Source: Squalus acanthias (Eukaryota). Taken from it: 64,000 nucleotides of DNA. Below the pieces are notes generated by a model. It did no database searches and was not told the DNA's origin. It saw only the letters and a program-made list of their open reading frames with translations. A program made the position numbers and the translations under genes. Positions 12,095-22,529 of the stretch are shown piece after piece. The stretch covers positions 121,088,001 to 121,152,000 of the forward strand of contig CM059432.1 of assembly GCA_030390025.1 (NCBI GenBank), in the 5' to 3' direction. Position 1 is the first letter of the stretch; each line of letters opens with the position of its first letter.

Positions 12095-13030
12095 AGGGTA
12101 CTTTCGCCGGGGCGCTAACAGGGCGCAAATCAACTAGCACCTGGGCGCGGTGCCGCTAACGCCTCCCGCAAAATTCAGTGGGAGGTTAGCGGTGGTGCTA
12201 ACGGTTAGCGCTGCTGGTGATGATGTCATCGCCGTGCACAGCGCCCCACTCGCGCCCGGCTGTAACATTGGGTGGCGCCCCCCGACTTACCGCTGGACGC
12301 TATGTCCGCCGGGGTTAGGGGGGCCTACCTGTGGCCGGGGTGGCGCTAGTTAAAAGGGAGATGGTGGGCAGCCATTTTTGTTGCTGGCCGCCTGCCAGCA
12401 CCTGCCCCCGTTGCTGTCCCCAGCCCCTGTAAAGCCCCCACCATGGGATGCCAGCTGCGCTCCGTGAGCCCGTCACTCCTCGAGTGCTGGGCTCGTTTGC
12501 CGGCACTCCCAGTCCCTGGTGGCCCAGCTGGGTGCCGGGACGCGCTGCGCCAGGCCCCTCCCCTTTAATAAGAGGAGGAAGGCCTGCAGTAACGCTTGGC
12601 TCTCCCTAAAGAATCTGGTGTCCGCGGGGGGAGAGGAGGCGGGAGCGGGGTTTGGGGCAAGTGTAAGTACTCCGAAGAAAGAAGGGGAGTCGGACATCTC
12701 GGGGAGCAGGAGGGGGCAAGACAAGGAGAGGGGACAAGAGGCAGGAGCCTTAAAGGGGCAGCAGGATGGGCGCAGGGAGACAAAGACGACAGAAGGGAGC
12801 AAGATAGGTGCAGATGCGCCATTGCCCCAGAGAGAGAAGAATCAGGGAGTAAGGGTCAGCGGTGGAGATGAGGCCAAAGGGAGTGGCACTACTGGAGAAA
12901 TCGTGATAGCAGGAAGACTCTATTAACGGAAATTCATTTCACAGAGCGAGATGGAGCCAGTAGCGGTGTCGGGACCCGCCACCGACATCACCCACCACAG
13001 ACCCACCGAGCTGAACAAATTTCCGGCCAG
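12095..13030. mobile_element. GC/CpG-rich MITE-like element with a possible LINE ORF1 fragment inside (~12600-12950)
   Basis: Repeated GCGCTAAC motifs as at 61710-62420, and a right end AAATTTCCGGCC near 13017-13028. The purine-rich insert ends in a weak VI..GDS-like esterase motif. Confidence 0.4.
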
Positions 13031-13192
13031 ATTATCTGTTCATTATCACATTGCTGTTTGTGCGCAAATTGGCTGCACCTTTCCTACATTACAACAATGA
13101 CTACACTTCAAAAAAATACTTCATTGGCTGTAAAGCGCTTTGGGATGTCCGATGGTCATGAAAGCCGCTATACAAATGCAAGTCTTTCTTTT
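13028..13192 (+). mobile_element. Deu-type SINE 3' part
   Basis: Similar to 97-272. Confidence 0.75.
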
Positions 13193-14868
13193 ATAAAACG
13201 GGGGAGTTACAGTGGGAAATTCCATTTTGCAGCTTTCTTGTTTACTTTACGGATATTTTTCAAAGCAAATACCTCAACCTTAAAGAAAGAAATCCCAAGC
13301 AATGTTTCCAAAGTAAATTTATAACTTTCTATCTCATACCACAATTAAGCACAGCAGCTGCTTCTCTGTTGCAGTCATGTTTTTTTTACACGTTAGAGAC
13401 TGTGCACCTTTGGGAAGGTTTGTTTCTCCAGTGGTGTTGCAGGAAAGAAGGCATGCCAGGGTGATGAAAAGCCAACGTTGCCCGATTGGCTGCACCAGCC
13501 AAGATGCCACTAACCATTTCTTCAGGCCCTGACGTATTTACTTGGCAATGTCCATGAGAGCCAATCTTTTCAGGGTCTGAGTCAGCAGAGAAGCAGATGC
13601 CTGAAACTTGGCTTAACCGCCTTGTTGCAATGCTGACCTATGGGGAAAGGCACCATGGAGTGGCAGAGGGGAACACTCTCCCCTCAACCACCTCATGTAG
13701 CGTGCTTCTGTAATATCATCCTCAGCCTTGGCAAAGGCTGCTAATGGGTTGAGGTGCTTTTTAAGGCTCGCCAAAGGCCTTCTGAATTTTTGTCTCCCTT
13801 TTGCAACACTCCCCTTTAATTAAATCCATCCCATTAAATTTGACTTGCATAAGATTTCCCTCTTCCACCACTAATGCTCTTTCTAAACCCATCTGAGCTG
13901 CACCCGATGCTGATAATAAAATGCAAATGACCTTACATTGAAGAATTGAGTGCAATTTTCAGTTAACATTTCAGATGAGATTTGAACCAGTTCTTAAAAC
14001 ATTCAGAACTCATTTAGGTCTCAAAAAGAAAGTTAGCCCCATTCTATCTTTGGGATAAGTTGACATGCAGGTGAGCATTACTGCTGCAATATATGTTATC
14101 CTGCTTTAAAGAGAGAGAGTAAGAGTGAATAATTCATCGAAGTCTCCCTGCCGTTCACACTAACTGCCCCCAGGCCAAGTAAAGCAACTACTTGTCCCTA
14201 ACGCAGGCAGCATTACGTGCAAGAGCTGAGGCCATCCGTGGGGGTGCTTAGCAACTTGTGGTACCTTCTAAATCATGAGCTGCCGGGAGCGTCTTCAATC
14301 AAAACTATTTTCTCTATTGTTGTCAAGGTTACGGTACAACCCACAGGTTCTCTTACTTTCCATGTACCTATTATTACTCCTCAATACATATTGATCCAAA
14401 GCTGTATGGTGGCAATGTTGCTTAACAATAACTTTAGTGACAAATGGTCTGGAAATGGTTTAAAATCACTGCTGTACTTAACAGTAAAAGTTCGAGTTCT
14501 CAGCATATGAGAGTGCATTTCTCTTTGTCACTTAGGGTGCACGATTACAATTTACTTTATACGGTTATACATAATTCAGTTACCTCGTTCCAGGCTTGGA
14601 TTAGTTCTCTTATCCCTATAGGTCACAAGTAACACAGACTACTGTCCAATGACATGGTGACTGGGAACAGTTGTCATCATCCTCCTCAAATGTGGATGAG
14701 TCTATTCAGCCTGACTTCCTGGCTGTTGGCTCTTTTCTCTCTTTCCCCTTCCCTCCATTCCACCTTTGGTGCAGAGCCTTCAGTCATCTTGGCTCTATAC
14801 TCTGAAACTCCCCGGAAATCCTTCCACCTTCCTACCACTCTCTTCACCTTTAAAAAGCCCCTCAAGCC

Positions 14869-15002
14869 TGTAATGTATTATCACATGGTTTGTCACATGA
14901 TTTAGTATGAGCATGCTCAGTTCACTCTGGCCAAGTAAAGCAAGCTCATGAACTAGCAACTGGTGTCTCTGTCCTTCATTTGTTCTACCCACATATATTA
15001 CA
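14869..15002 (+). repeat. 5' LTR (134 bp)
   Basis: TGTAAT...ATTACA termini. It differs from the 3' LTR at 8 of 134 positions by manual count. Confidence 0.95.
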
Positions 15003-15006
15003 TTTT

Positions 15007-15024
15007 TGGCGACGAGGATGGGAT
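15007..15024 (+). promoter_or_regulatory. Primer-binding site, tRNA-Ser(GCT) type
   Basis: TGGCGACGAGGATGGGAT lies just after the LTR and is complementary to the 3' end of vertebrate tRNA-Ser(GCT) as I recall it. Confidence 0.8.
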
Positions 15025-15258
15025 CCCAAAGACATTTTTAGGGATCATGGAAGGACATAGTATTCAATCTTCGAGTGGAAAAGTTTAAAGTGAATTTGTG
15101 ACACCTAAACTGAATTTCTTGCGATGTTTTACTGTTAATGCTGATGCAGAATCATCTGTGCTTTGCCTTCGTGTATGTATACACAGTAACAGCAGCGTTG
15201 ATTCTCACAGGCACACAAGTAGCGTACTGAGTCACTGTTCGACAGGATAGGAACAATC

Positions 15259-16128
15259 ATGGCTGTGCCTATGGGATTCATCGGAAGCCTCAGCATGTAT
15301 AACCGAGCTCGCGAACCATTCAGTTCTTACATTGAGCAGATGAAGATGTTTTTTAAGGCCGATAACATTATTGAGACCGAAGGTGCAGATGAGAATGTTC
15401 AAGCTGAAAATAAAGTAATTTGTGAATGTAAAAAAGCAATTTTTCTAACGGAGATTGGGCCAGATGTCTACGGAGCATTGACAAACCTACTTGTGCCAGG
15501 AAAAGTGAAGGATGTGTCATTTGAAAACATTGTCGGGAACCTCGAGGACCATTTCAACCCAAAGCCATTAGAAATAGCAGAGAGCTATAAGTTTGGTACC
15601 AGAAACCAAAAAGAAAGTGAAACCATTAGTGAGTTCGTTGTAGCTCTTAAGAACCTGTCTTTGCATTGTAACTTTGGCACATTTTTGGATCATGCGTTGC
15701 GAGATAAGTTTGTGTGTGGATTGGTTGATGAGCGCACACAGTCCAAAGTACTGAACACTCCAAACCTAACGTTTGACATAGTATGCAAAATTGCCCTATC
15801 TATGGAGATGGCATCTAAGAATGCTCGGGAGCTCCATCCAACACAAGTGACTAGTGCAGCTGAGGTCTACAGTCACAAAGCTGAACCTAAAGCTGTGAGA
15901 CTAAGTCAAAATCATGTCAGTGAGAGCAGTTCAGTGAATTGTTATCGCTGCAATGGAAATCACTCACCACAGTCCTGCCAATACAGAAATGCGAAGTGTT
16001 TTCACTGCCAGAAGCAAGGTCATATTTCAACAGCTTGCAGAGCTAGATCAAAAGCAGGAAGTAAGAACCATTCTAGTGGCAATGTAAAGCAGCAACAACA
16101 AAAGGGAAGAGTTCACAGTATTGAATGA
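15259..16128 (+). CDS. gag: Gypsy gag with two zinc knuckles
   Basis: Open 289-aa frame containing CYRCNGNHSPQSC and CFHCQKQGHISTAC, plus the LRDKFVCGL motif. Confidence 0.88.
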   Translation: MAVPMGFIGSLSMYNRAREPFSSYIEQMKMFFKADNIIETEGADENVQAENKVICECKKAIFLTEIGPDVYGALTNLLVPGKVKDVSFENIVGNLEDHFNPKPLEIAESYKFGTRNQKESETISEFVVALKNLSLHCNFGTFLDHALRDKFVCGLVDERTQSKVLNTPNLTFDIVCKIALSMEMASKNARELHPTQVTSAAEVYSHKAEPKAVRLSQNHVSESSSVNCYRCNGNHSPQSCQYRNAKCFHCQKQGHISTACRARSKAGSKNHSSGNVKQQQQKGRVHSIE

Positions 16129-19100
16129 ACACACCTGATGTTGAAGAACTAGGCATCTACAGTATCTATGCCACTAGCCGCAATGCTAGCAGTCATGAGA
16201 AAGACATCCGTACAAAACTTTTGATCAATGACCAATATATTGGTATGTGTATCGATACGGTGGCGGACTGCTCTATCATGAGTAAGGACACATATGAGAG
16301 TAAGTTTAATCAAATACCACTTACAAAGAGTACCGTAGAGTTAAAAACCTACTCCGGAGAAATCCTAGAGACATGTGGACAAATGGAATGTACATTTCAG
16401 CACAATGGCCAGTCAGTAAAGCTGCCTATTATTGTAGCGAGCTACAACAGGCCAATCCTCATGGGCAAAGACTGGTTGAGAAAGTTGAAACTTGACTGGA
16501 AAAACGTCTTCAGTGTAGATGCTTCAAAGAAGCGACTTGACGCAATGCTCAGCAAGTATAAAAGCATGTTCACAGACAGTTATGAGGGCATCACTGGGTA
16601 TGATGCGCATATCCGCATCAAGTCCAATGTGAAGCCTGTCTATTGTAAGGCAAGGCTGGTACCCTATGCGTTGAAGAGCTAGAGAAACTGAGAGAGAACG
16701 GAGTGTTAGTAAAAACTGACAAAAGTGAATGGGCTACCCCAATTATGGTAGTGCCCAAAGCCGACAATACTGTGCGCTTGTGCGGTGACTACAAAATTAT
16801 GATCAACCAAGCAGTTGACGATGAGCAGTACCCGTTACCTACATCACAAGATTTGTATACAGCACTCTCTGGATCAAAGGTTTTCTCCAAGCTTGACCTG
16901 TCGCACGTTTACGCTCAGCTGAATGTTGACAAAGAGAGTCAACAGTATCTCACTATCAACACACACAAGGGACTGTACTTATACACCAAGCTGCCTTATG
17001 GTGTAAAGTCCTCCCCCGAAATCTTCCAGGCTACGATGGATAAGATTTTGCAAGGAATTCCAAATTGCTTATGCAATCAAGACGATGTGCTGATCGCAAC
17101 AAGCAGCGAAGAAGAAAATCTAGAGGTGTTAGATTTAGTGCTTCAAAGGTTGAATTCCCACAATGTCAAATTGAAAAGGAGCAAATGTGCTTTTGTGCAG
17201 CCCGAGGTTGCGTACCTTGGTCTGAAAGTTGATGCAAATGGATTGCATCCAGCTAATGCAAAGGTTGATGCTGTCATCAATGCTCCAAAGCGACAGAACA
17301 TGTCTGAGTTAAGATCTTTCCTTGGAATGGTCCAGTACTACGCCTGTTTCTTACCTAAGTTAGCGACCATGTTAGCTCCATTGCACGAGCTCCTCAAGAA
17401 GGATGTCCAGTGGAAGTGGACAAAAGCGCAACAGGAAGCTTACGACGCTTGTAAGAGAAGTCTCTCTAGCGATGCTCTCCTTGTGCACTATGACACAGAG
17501 CGTGAGCTTAAGTTAGTGTGTGATGCTTCTAGTTATGGTGTGGGAGCTGTCAGAAGCCACGTAATGGATAACAGCCAAGAGAAACCAATCGCGTTCGCAT
17601 CGCGAACCCTCAGAAAGAGCAAAAGAAATTACGCACAAATTGAAAAGGAAGCACTCGCCATAGTGTTTGGAATCAAGAAATTCCAACAGTTCCTGATCGG
17701 CAGAAAGTTTACCCTGATAACCGATCACAAATGATAACCGATCACAAACCGCTCCTAGCAATATTGGGGCACAAATCTGCCATCCCTGCAATGGATGCAA
17801 GGTTGGGCAGTGTTGTTGTCCCAATATGACTACACGATTGACTATCGCACTTCAAAGCAAAACGCAATCGCAGATGCCTTGTCCATGTTGCCACATGAAG
17901 ACTCGTGTTGGGAGTGAAGGTAAGATTTTCACGCTAGGTGCAGTTGACAAAGACTTTCCTGTGAATGCGACTGAGATTGCAAATGAGACTCAAAAGGACT
18001 CGGTACTGAAAAGAGTGTAGGAAAACACCTTGAATGGATGGACTGATCAGTGTCTGGACACAGAATTGAAACCATTCCATAACCCTCGTACTGAATTGTC
18101 TTGTGAGCAAGGTTGTATTAACTGGGGAAACAGAGTGGTGGTACCTACTTCTTTGAGAGATAGAACTCTGGCCGAACTTCATACCGAACATCTAGGGATC
18201 ATCAGTATGAAATCAATTGCAAGAAGCTTTGTTTACTGGCCTGGATTGGACAGTGATCTTGTCAGCAAATGCAGCATTTGCTAAAATTGCAGAAACAAAC
18301 CACCTAAAACCCTGGTCGTGGCCAATTAGACCTTTTCAGAGAGTACATGTAGACTTCTGTGAGAAAGCAAATGATTATTTCCTGGTACTTGTAGATAGTC
18401 ACTCAAAGTGGATTGAAGTGAAACACATGGGTTCATATACTACAACTGAACGTACCATAGACGAGTTGAGGTCTATCTTCGCATGTCATGGCTTACCTGA
18501 AGAACTTGGTCTGACAATGGTCCTCCGTTCCGTTCTGCTCTATTCCAAGAGTTCATGAAATGGAACGGTATCAAACACACTATCGTTCCACCATATCATC
18601 CAGCTTCAAACGGAGCAGCCGAAAGGTCAGTCAGAATAGTAAAAGAAGTTCTCAAAAAGCAAGTGTTGCAGGGTTGTTCGGGACTCAGCATGAAGCAATG
18701 TTTGGCAAATTTCTTGCTGAAGTACAGAACTACTCCGTACACTACAACTGGATATACCCCAGCAGAACTCTTGATGAAGAGGAGATTGAGAACACGATGG
18801 AGTCTTGTTCAACCAAATTTGGCCTCAAGAGTTGAATAGAAACAGTTGAGTCAGAAACGTTATTATGACAGCAATCAGAAAGAACGCAGTTTCAGACAAA
18901 ACGAGTGTGTTTGTGTTCTCAGTCCCCCTGGCAAGTCGAGTTCACACAAGTGGGATATAGGAACCATAGTAAAGGTTGGTGGAACCAAGAGATAGTTGGT
19001 TGAAATTGGTGACAACATCCGAAGTTTTCATGTAGATCAAATGATCGCTGCTAGAGATGAAACAAGACGTGATCTTGAACCACTTGATCATGAACACATA

Positions 19101-19262
19101 CATGAGTTTGACTCTGTTCAGACTTCAGAAACTGAGATAGAAACAGGATCATCTTTGAGTTCGGAACCAAAACAAAACAGTCTGAAAATTGGTTCAACAC
19201 CAAAACCTTTTGTAAGGAGATCAGGAAGGCTCCGCAAACGTGTTATTAAACTGGATTTTTAG
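16125..19262 (+). pseudogene. pol: Gypsy pol (protease, RT, RNase H, integrase), broken by stops and frameshifts
   Basis: Protease IDTVAD; RT VRLCGDYK, FSKLDL, LPYGV, NQDD; RNase H CDASSYG, NYAQIEKEAL; integrase VHVDF, PYHPASNGAAER. Confidence 0.92.
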
Positions 19263-19385
19263 TTCATTTGTAGCATTTGTAGTTCAAAAAAAGCCAGGAG
19301 TTTGTGTTATGTGGTACATGTAATGCTGGGAAAGGTGGGACCATAGTTTTGTTGTATTTGAGAGGGGAATACATACATTTTTTTT

Positions 19386-19398
19386 AAGGGGAAAGCAG
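19386..19398 (+). promoter_or_regulatory. Polypurine tract
   Basis: AAGGGGAAAGCAG lies immediately before the 3' LTR. Confidence 0.75.
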
Positions 19399-19532
19399 AG
19401 TAATGTATTATCACATGGTTTGTCACATGGCTTAGTATGAGCATGCTCAGTTCACTCTAGCCTAGTAAAGCAAGCACATTGACTAGCAACTGGTGTCTCT
19501 GTCCTTCATTTGTTCTACCCACATATATTACA
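19399..19532 (+). repeat. 3' LTR (134 bp; first base T>A)
   Basis: Direct repeat of 14869-15002. Confidence 0.95.
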
Positions 19533-19962
19533 AAGCGTACTATTTTGGCCATGCTTTTGGTCATCTTCCCTACTTCTACTATTGCTTGACGATCATTTTT
19601 ACATCTGTGAAGCAACTTATGATGTTTTACAATGTATATAATTACAAGTTGTTGCTGCAGCCACTGGGGGAGCACTTCACAGGAGCACAAGAGTAGGAAA
19701 AGGAACACGAAAGACAGACACTAAGGGAATGCACAAGTTGTTGTTTCGATTTGGATTTGATAAATTTATAAATTATGTTTGGAATGTTTGTTTTGTGGTG
19801 GCTCTCATTTCAGCTTTGTGCCCAGGAGGACACTGTGATGTTCCGTGACAGAGGAATGGTAAGAAGGGGAAGTGTTGAGCAATGGGGATCTGGGGTTTCA
19901 TTCATTGGTACCGGAGTCTGATGAAGTATGCATGGACAACCCGTCTGGAATGGGGATCTGCT

Positions 19963-21070
19963 GCCTTCCTCCCTTTCTTCCTTCCTCCCTTTCTTCCTTC
20001 CTCCCTCCCTTCCTTCCTTCCTTGCTGCTTTCCTTCCTTCCTTTATTCCTCCCTTCCTTCCTTCCTCCCCTCCTCCCTCCCTTCCTCCCCTCCTCCCTCC
20101 CTTCCTCCCTCCCTTCCTTCCTCCCTTCCTCCCTTCTTTACTTCCTCCCTTCCTTCCTTCCTCCCCTCCTCCCTCCCTTCCTCCCCTCCTCCCTCCCTTC
20201 CTCCCTCCCTTCCTCCCTCCCTTCCTCCCTCACTTCCTCCATTCCTCCCTTCCTTCCTCCCTTCCTCCCTTCCTTCCTCCCTTCCTCCCTTCCTTCCTCC
20301 CTTCCTCCCTCCCTTCCTTCATTCCTTCCTCCCTTCCTCCCTTCCTCCCTCCATTCCTCCCTTCCTTCCTTCCTCCCTTCCTCCCTTCCTTCCTTCCTTC
20401 CTCCCTCCCTTCCTCCCTTCCTCTCTCCCTTCCTCCCTCCCTTCCTCCCTCCCTTCCTCCCTCCCTTCCTCCATTCCTCCCTTCCTTCCTCCCTTCCTTC
20501 ATTCCTTCCTCCCTTCCTCCATTCCTTCCTTCCTTCCTCCCTTCCTCCCTCCCTTCCTTCCTTCCTCCTCCCTTCCTTCCTTCCTCCCTTCCTTCCTTCC
20601 TTCCTTCCTTCCTCCCTTCCTTCCTTCCTCCCTCCCTTCCTTCCTTCCTCCCTCCCTCCCTTCCTCCCTCCCTTCCTTCCTCCCTTCCTCTTCCCTCCCT
20701 CCCTTCCTCCCTTCCTTCCTCCCTTCCTTCCATCCTCCCTCCCTCCCTCCCTCCCGCCCTTTCTTCCTCCCTCCCTCCCTTCCTGCCTCCCTCCCTTCCT
20801 TCCTCCCTCTCTCCCTCACTTCCTGCCTTCCTTCCTCCCTCCCTCCCTTCCTTCCTTCCTCCCTTCCTTCCTCCCTCCCTTCCTTCCTCCCTTCCGTCCT
20901 CCCTCCCTCCCTTCCTTCCTTCCTTCCTCGCTCCCTCCCTCCTTTCCGTCCTCCCTCCCTCCGTTCCTTCATTCATTCCTTCCTCCCTCCCTTCCTCCCT
21001 TCCTCCCTTCCTCCCTTCCTCCCTTCCTCCCTCCCTTCCTCCCTCCCTTCCTCCCTCCCTTCCTCCCTTC
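19963..21070. repeat. (CCTT/CCCT)n polypyrimidine microsatellite; continues at 21514-21650 and 22530-22620
   Basis: About 1.1 kb composed almost entirely of C and T. Confidence 0.97.
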
Positions 21071-21091
21071 TGTACGAAAGACTGATATATA

Positions 21092-21513
21092 GGGCAACAC
21101 GGTGGCATAGTGGTTAGCACTGGTGCCTCACAGCGCCAGGGACCCGGGTTCGAATCTGACCTCGGGTGACTGTCTGTGTGGAGTTTGCACATTCTCCCCG
21201 TGTCTGCGTGGGTTTCCTCCGGGTGCTCCGGTTTCCTCCCACAGTCCAAAAATGTGCGGGTTAGGTTGATTTGGCTATGATAAATTGACCCTTAGTGTTA
21301 GGAGGGGATTAAATATGTGGGGTTATTGGGATATGTTAGGGGGAATTAAATATGTGGGGTTACGGGGGTAGGGTGGGATATGTGTACTGTGGGGATTAAA
21401 GCAGGGACAGGGTACTGGATTTGAATGATCAGCCATGATCGTATTGAATGGTGGAGCAGGCTCGACGGGCCGAATGGCCTACTCCTGCTCCTAGATTCTA
21501 TGTTTCTATGTTT
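21092..21513 (+). mobile_element. V-type SINE (HE1-like) with tRNA head and CR1-derived tail
   Basis: A-box GGTGGCATAGTGG, B-box GGTTCGAATC, core GTGTGGAGTTTGCACATTCTCCCCGTGTCTGCGTGGGTTTCCTCCGGGTGCTCCGG, and tail GGCCGAATGGCCTACTCCTGCTCC...(CTATGTTT)2. Confidence 0.88.
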
Positions 21514-21650
21514 CCGCCCTCACTTCCTTCCTTCCTCCCTCCCTTCCTTCCTTCCTTCCTCCCTTCCTTCCTCCCTTCTGTCCTCCCTCCCTTCCTTCCT
21601 TGCTCCCTCCCTCCTTTCCGTCCTCCCTTCCTCCCTCCCTTCCTCCCTTC

Positions 21651-22529
21651 TGTACGAAAGACTGATATTTAAAGATATTTAGTAGACGAGAATCAAGTGT
21701 AGCCATTGACCAAATAATATTACCCATAATTATTACTCCTGGGTAACTGAAAACCTAAGACTTGTTGAAAATGCAGCTCCGCGGACAGTCAAAAGCAGTT
21801 TTGACTTAGTTTTGACAACAAACAGCCACAGACTGCGAGTGAAGGTCAAATCATGAAATAACATATTATAATGCTGAATAGAACTTAGAATTCGCTTAAC
21901 AAAACTAATTGCAACAATATTTAAAGGATAATTAGTTGAAGGACATAAAATGAGAGAGATCATGGAAATTAAGGTATTTATCTGGTAGATTAAAGTGAGA
22001 TAGTCTGGATACCTCAAGACAAGTGAAACAGCAGGATGATATGGGCCCTTGGTATAAAGGCCTTGTACCAGGGCGACATGAAATGAAAGAGATATGGTAA
22101 ACTCCAAAAAGCTATAAACAAGACAGCAGGATAGTGTGACTGGAAAAATACTGGAAAGGAGGGATGCTACCTTAACCTGAGTGACAATGGTATTTTGACC
22201 ATTAGAACCAATTAAAGAAGGTGATTTTGTTAAAGACCATATATGGACACTGGCCAAACCAACTTTTGGTAAGAAAAGGGTTAAAACCTCGATACTCAAA
22301 GAACAACTTTACACAGACGTACTGCGAGAACAAAGGAACAGACTTAAGACAATGTCATCTGTGTCTGAGGTTCCAGAGACCAAGGGCTGCGAGCTACTCG
22401 TTAAAACTATCGCCTATTGTTAAGTATATTACGCTGTAAGCTTAATAAATCTTGATCTATTGCTCAAACATACTGGTTGCTGCCTATTGGTGTCTTGTCC
22501 AAGAACTCAGAGATCATTAAGATCTTACC
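21651..22529 (+). mobile_element. Probable solo LTR
   Basis: Starts TGTACGA and ends TCTTAC(C), an imperfect inverted terminus. It has CTTC on both sides, TATAAA at ~22053 and ~22113, and AATAAA at 22444. Confidence 0.6.

Larger units (their letters stand above)
14869..19532 (+). mobile_element. Full-length Gypsy (Ty3/Metaviridae) LTR retrotransposon, disrupted
   Basis: Two 134-bp LTRs, a primer-binding site (PBS), a polypurine tract (PPT), gag-PR-RT-RH-IN order, and a 5-bp TSD AAGCC (14864-14868) / AAGCG (19533-19537). Confidence 0.95.
14750..19653 (+). mobile_element. Old L2 3'-end fragment, split by the Gypsy insertion
   Basis: 14765-14868 joined to 19538-19653 aligns to the L2 3' end at 9900-10150 (GCCTTCAG..., GCTTTTGG, GTGAAGCA, AAGTTGTTG). 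Confidence 0.7.

Noticed and set aside
21092..21170. tRNA gene
   Set aside because: The A/B boxes run directly into a SINE core and LINE tail. The same applies to the heads near 3500 and 51500.
19872..21249. Long 339-411-aa ORFs (Pro/Ser/Leu/Phe-rich and Gly/Arg/Glu/Lys-rich)
   Set aside because: These are stop-free translations of a C/T-only microsatellite in all frames, not genes.
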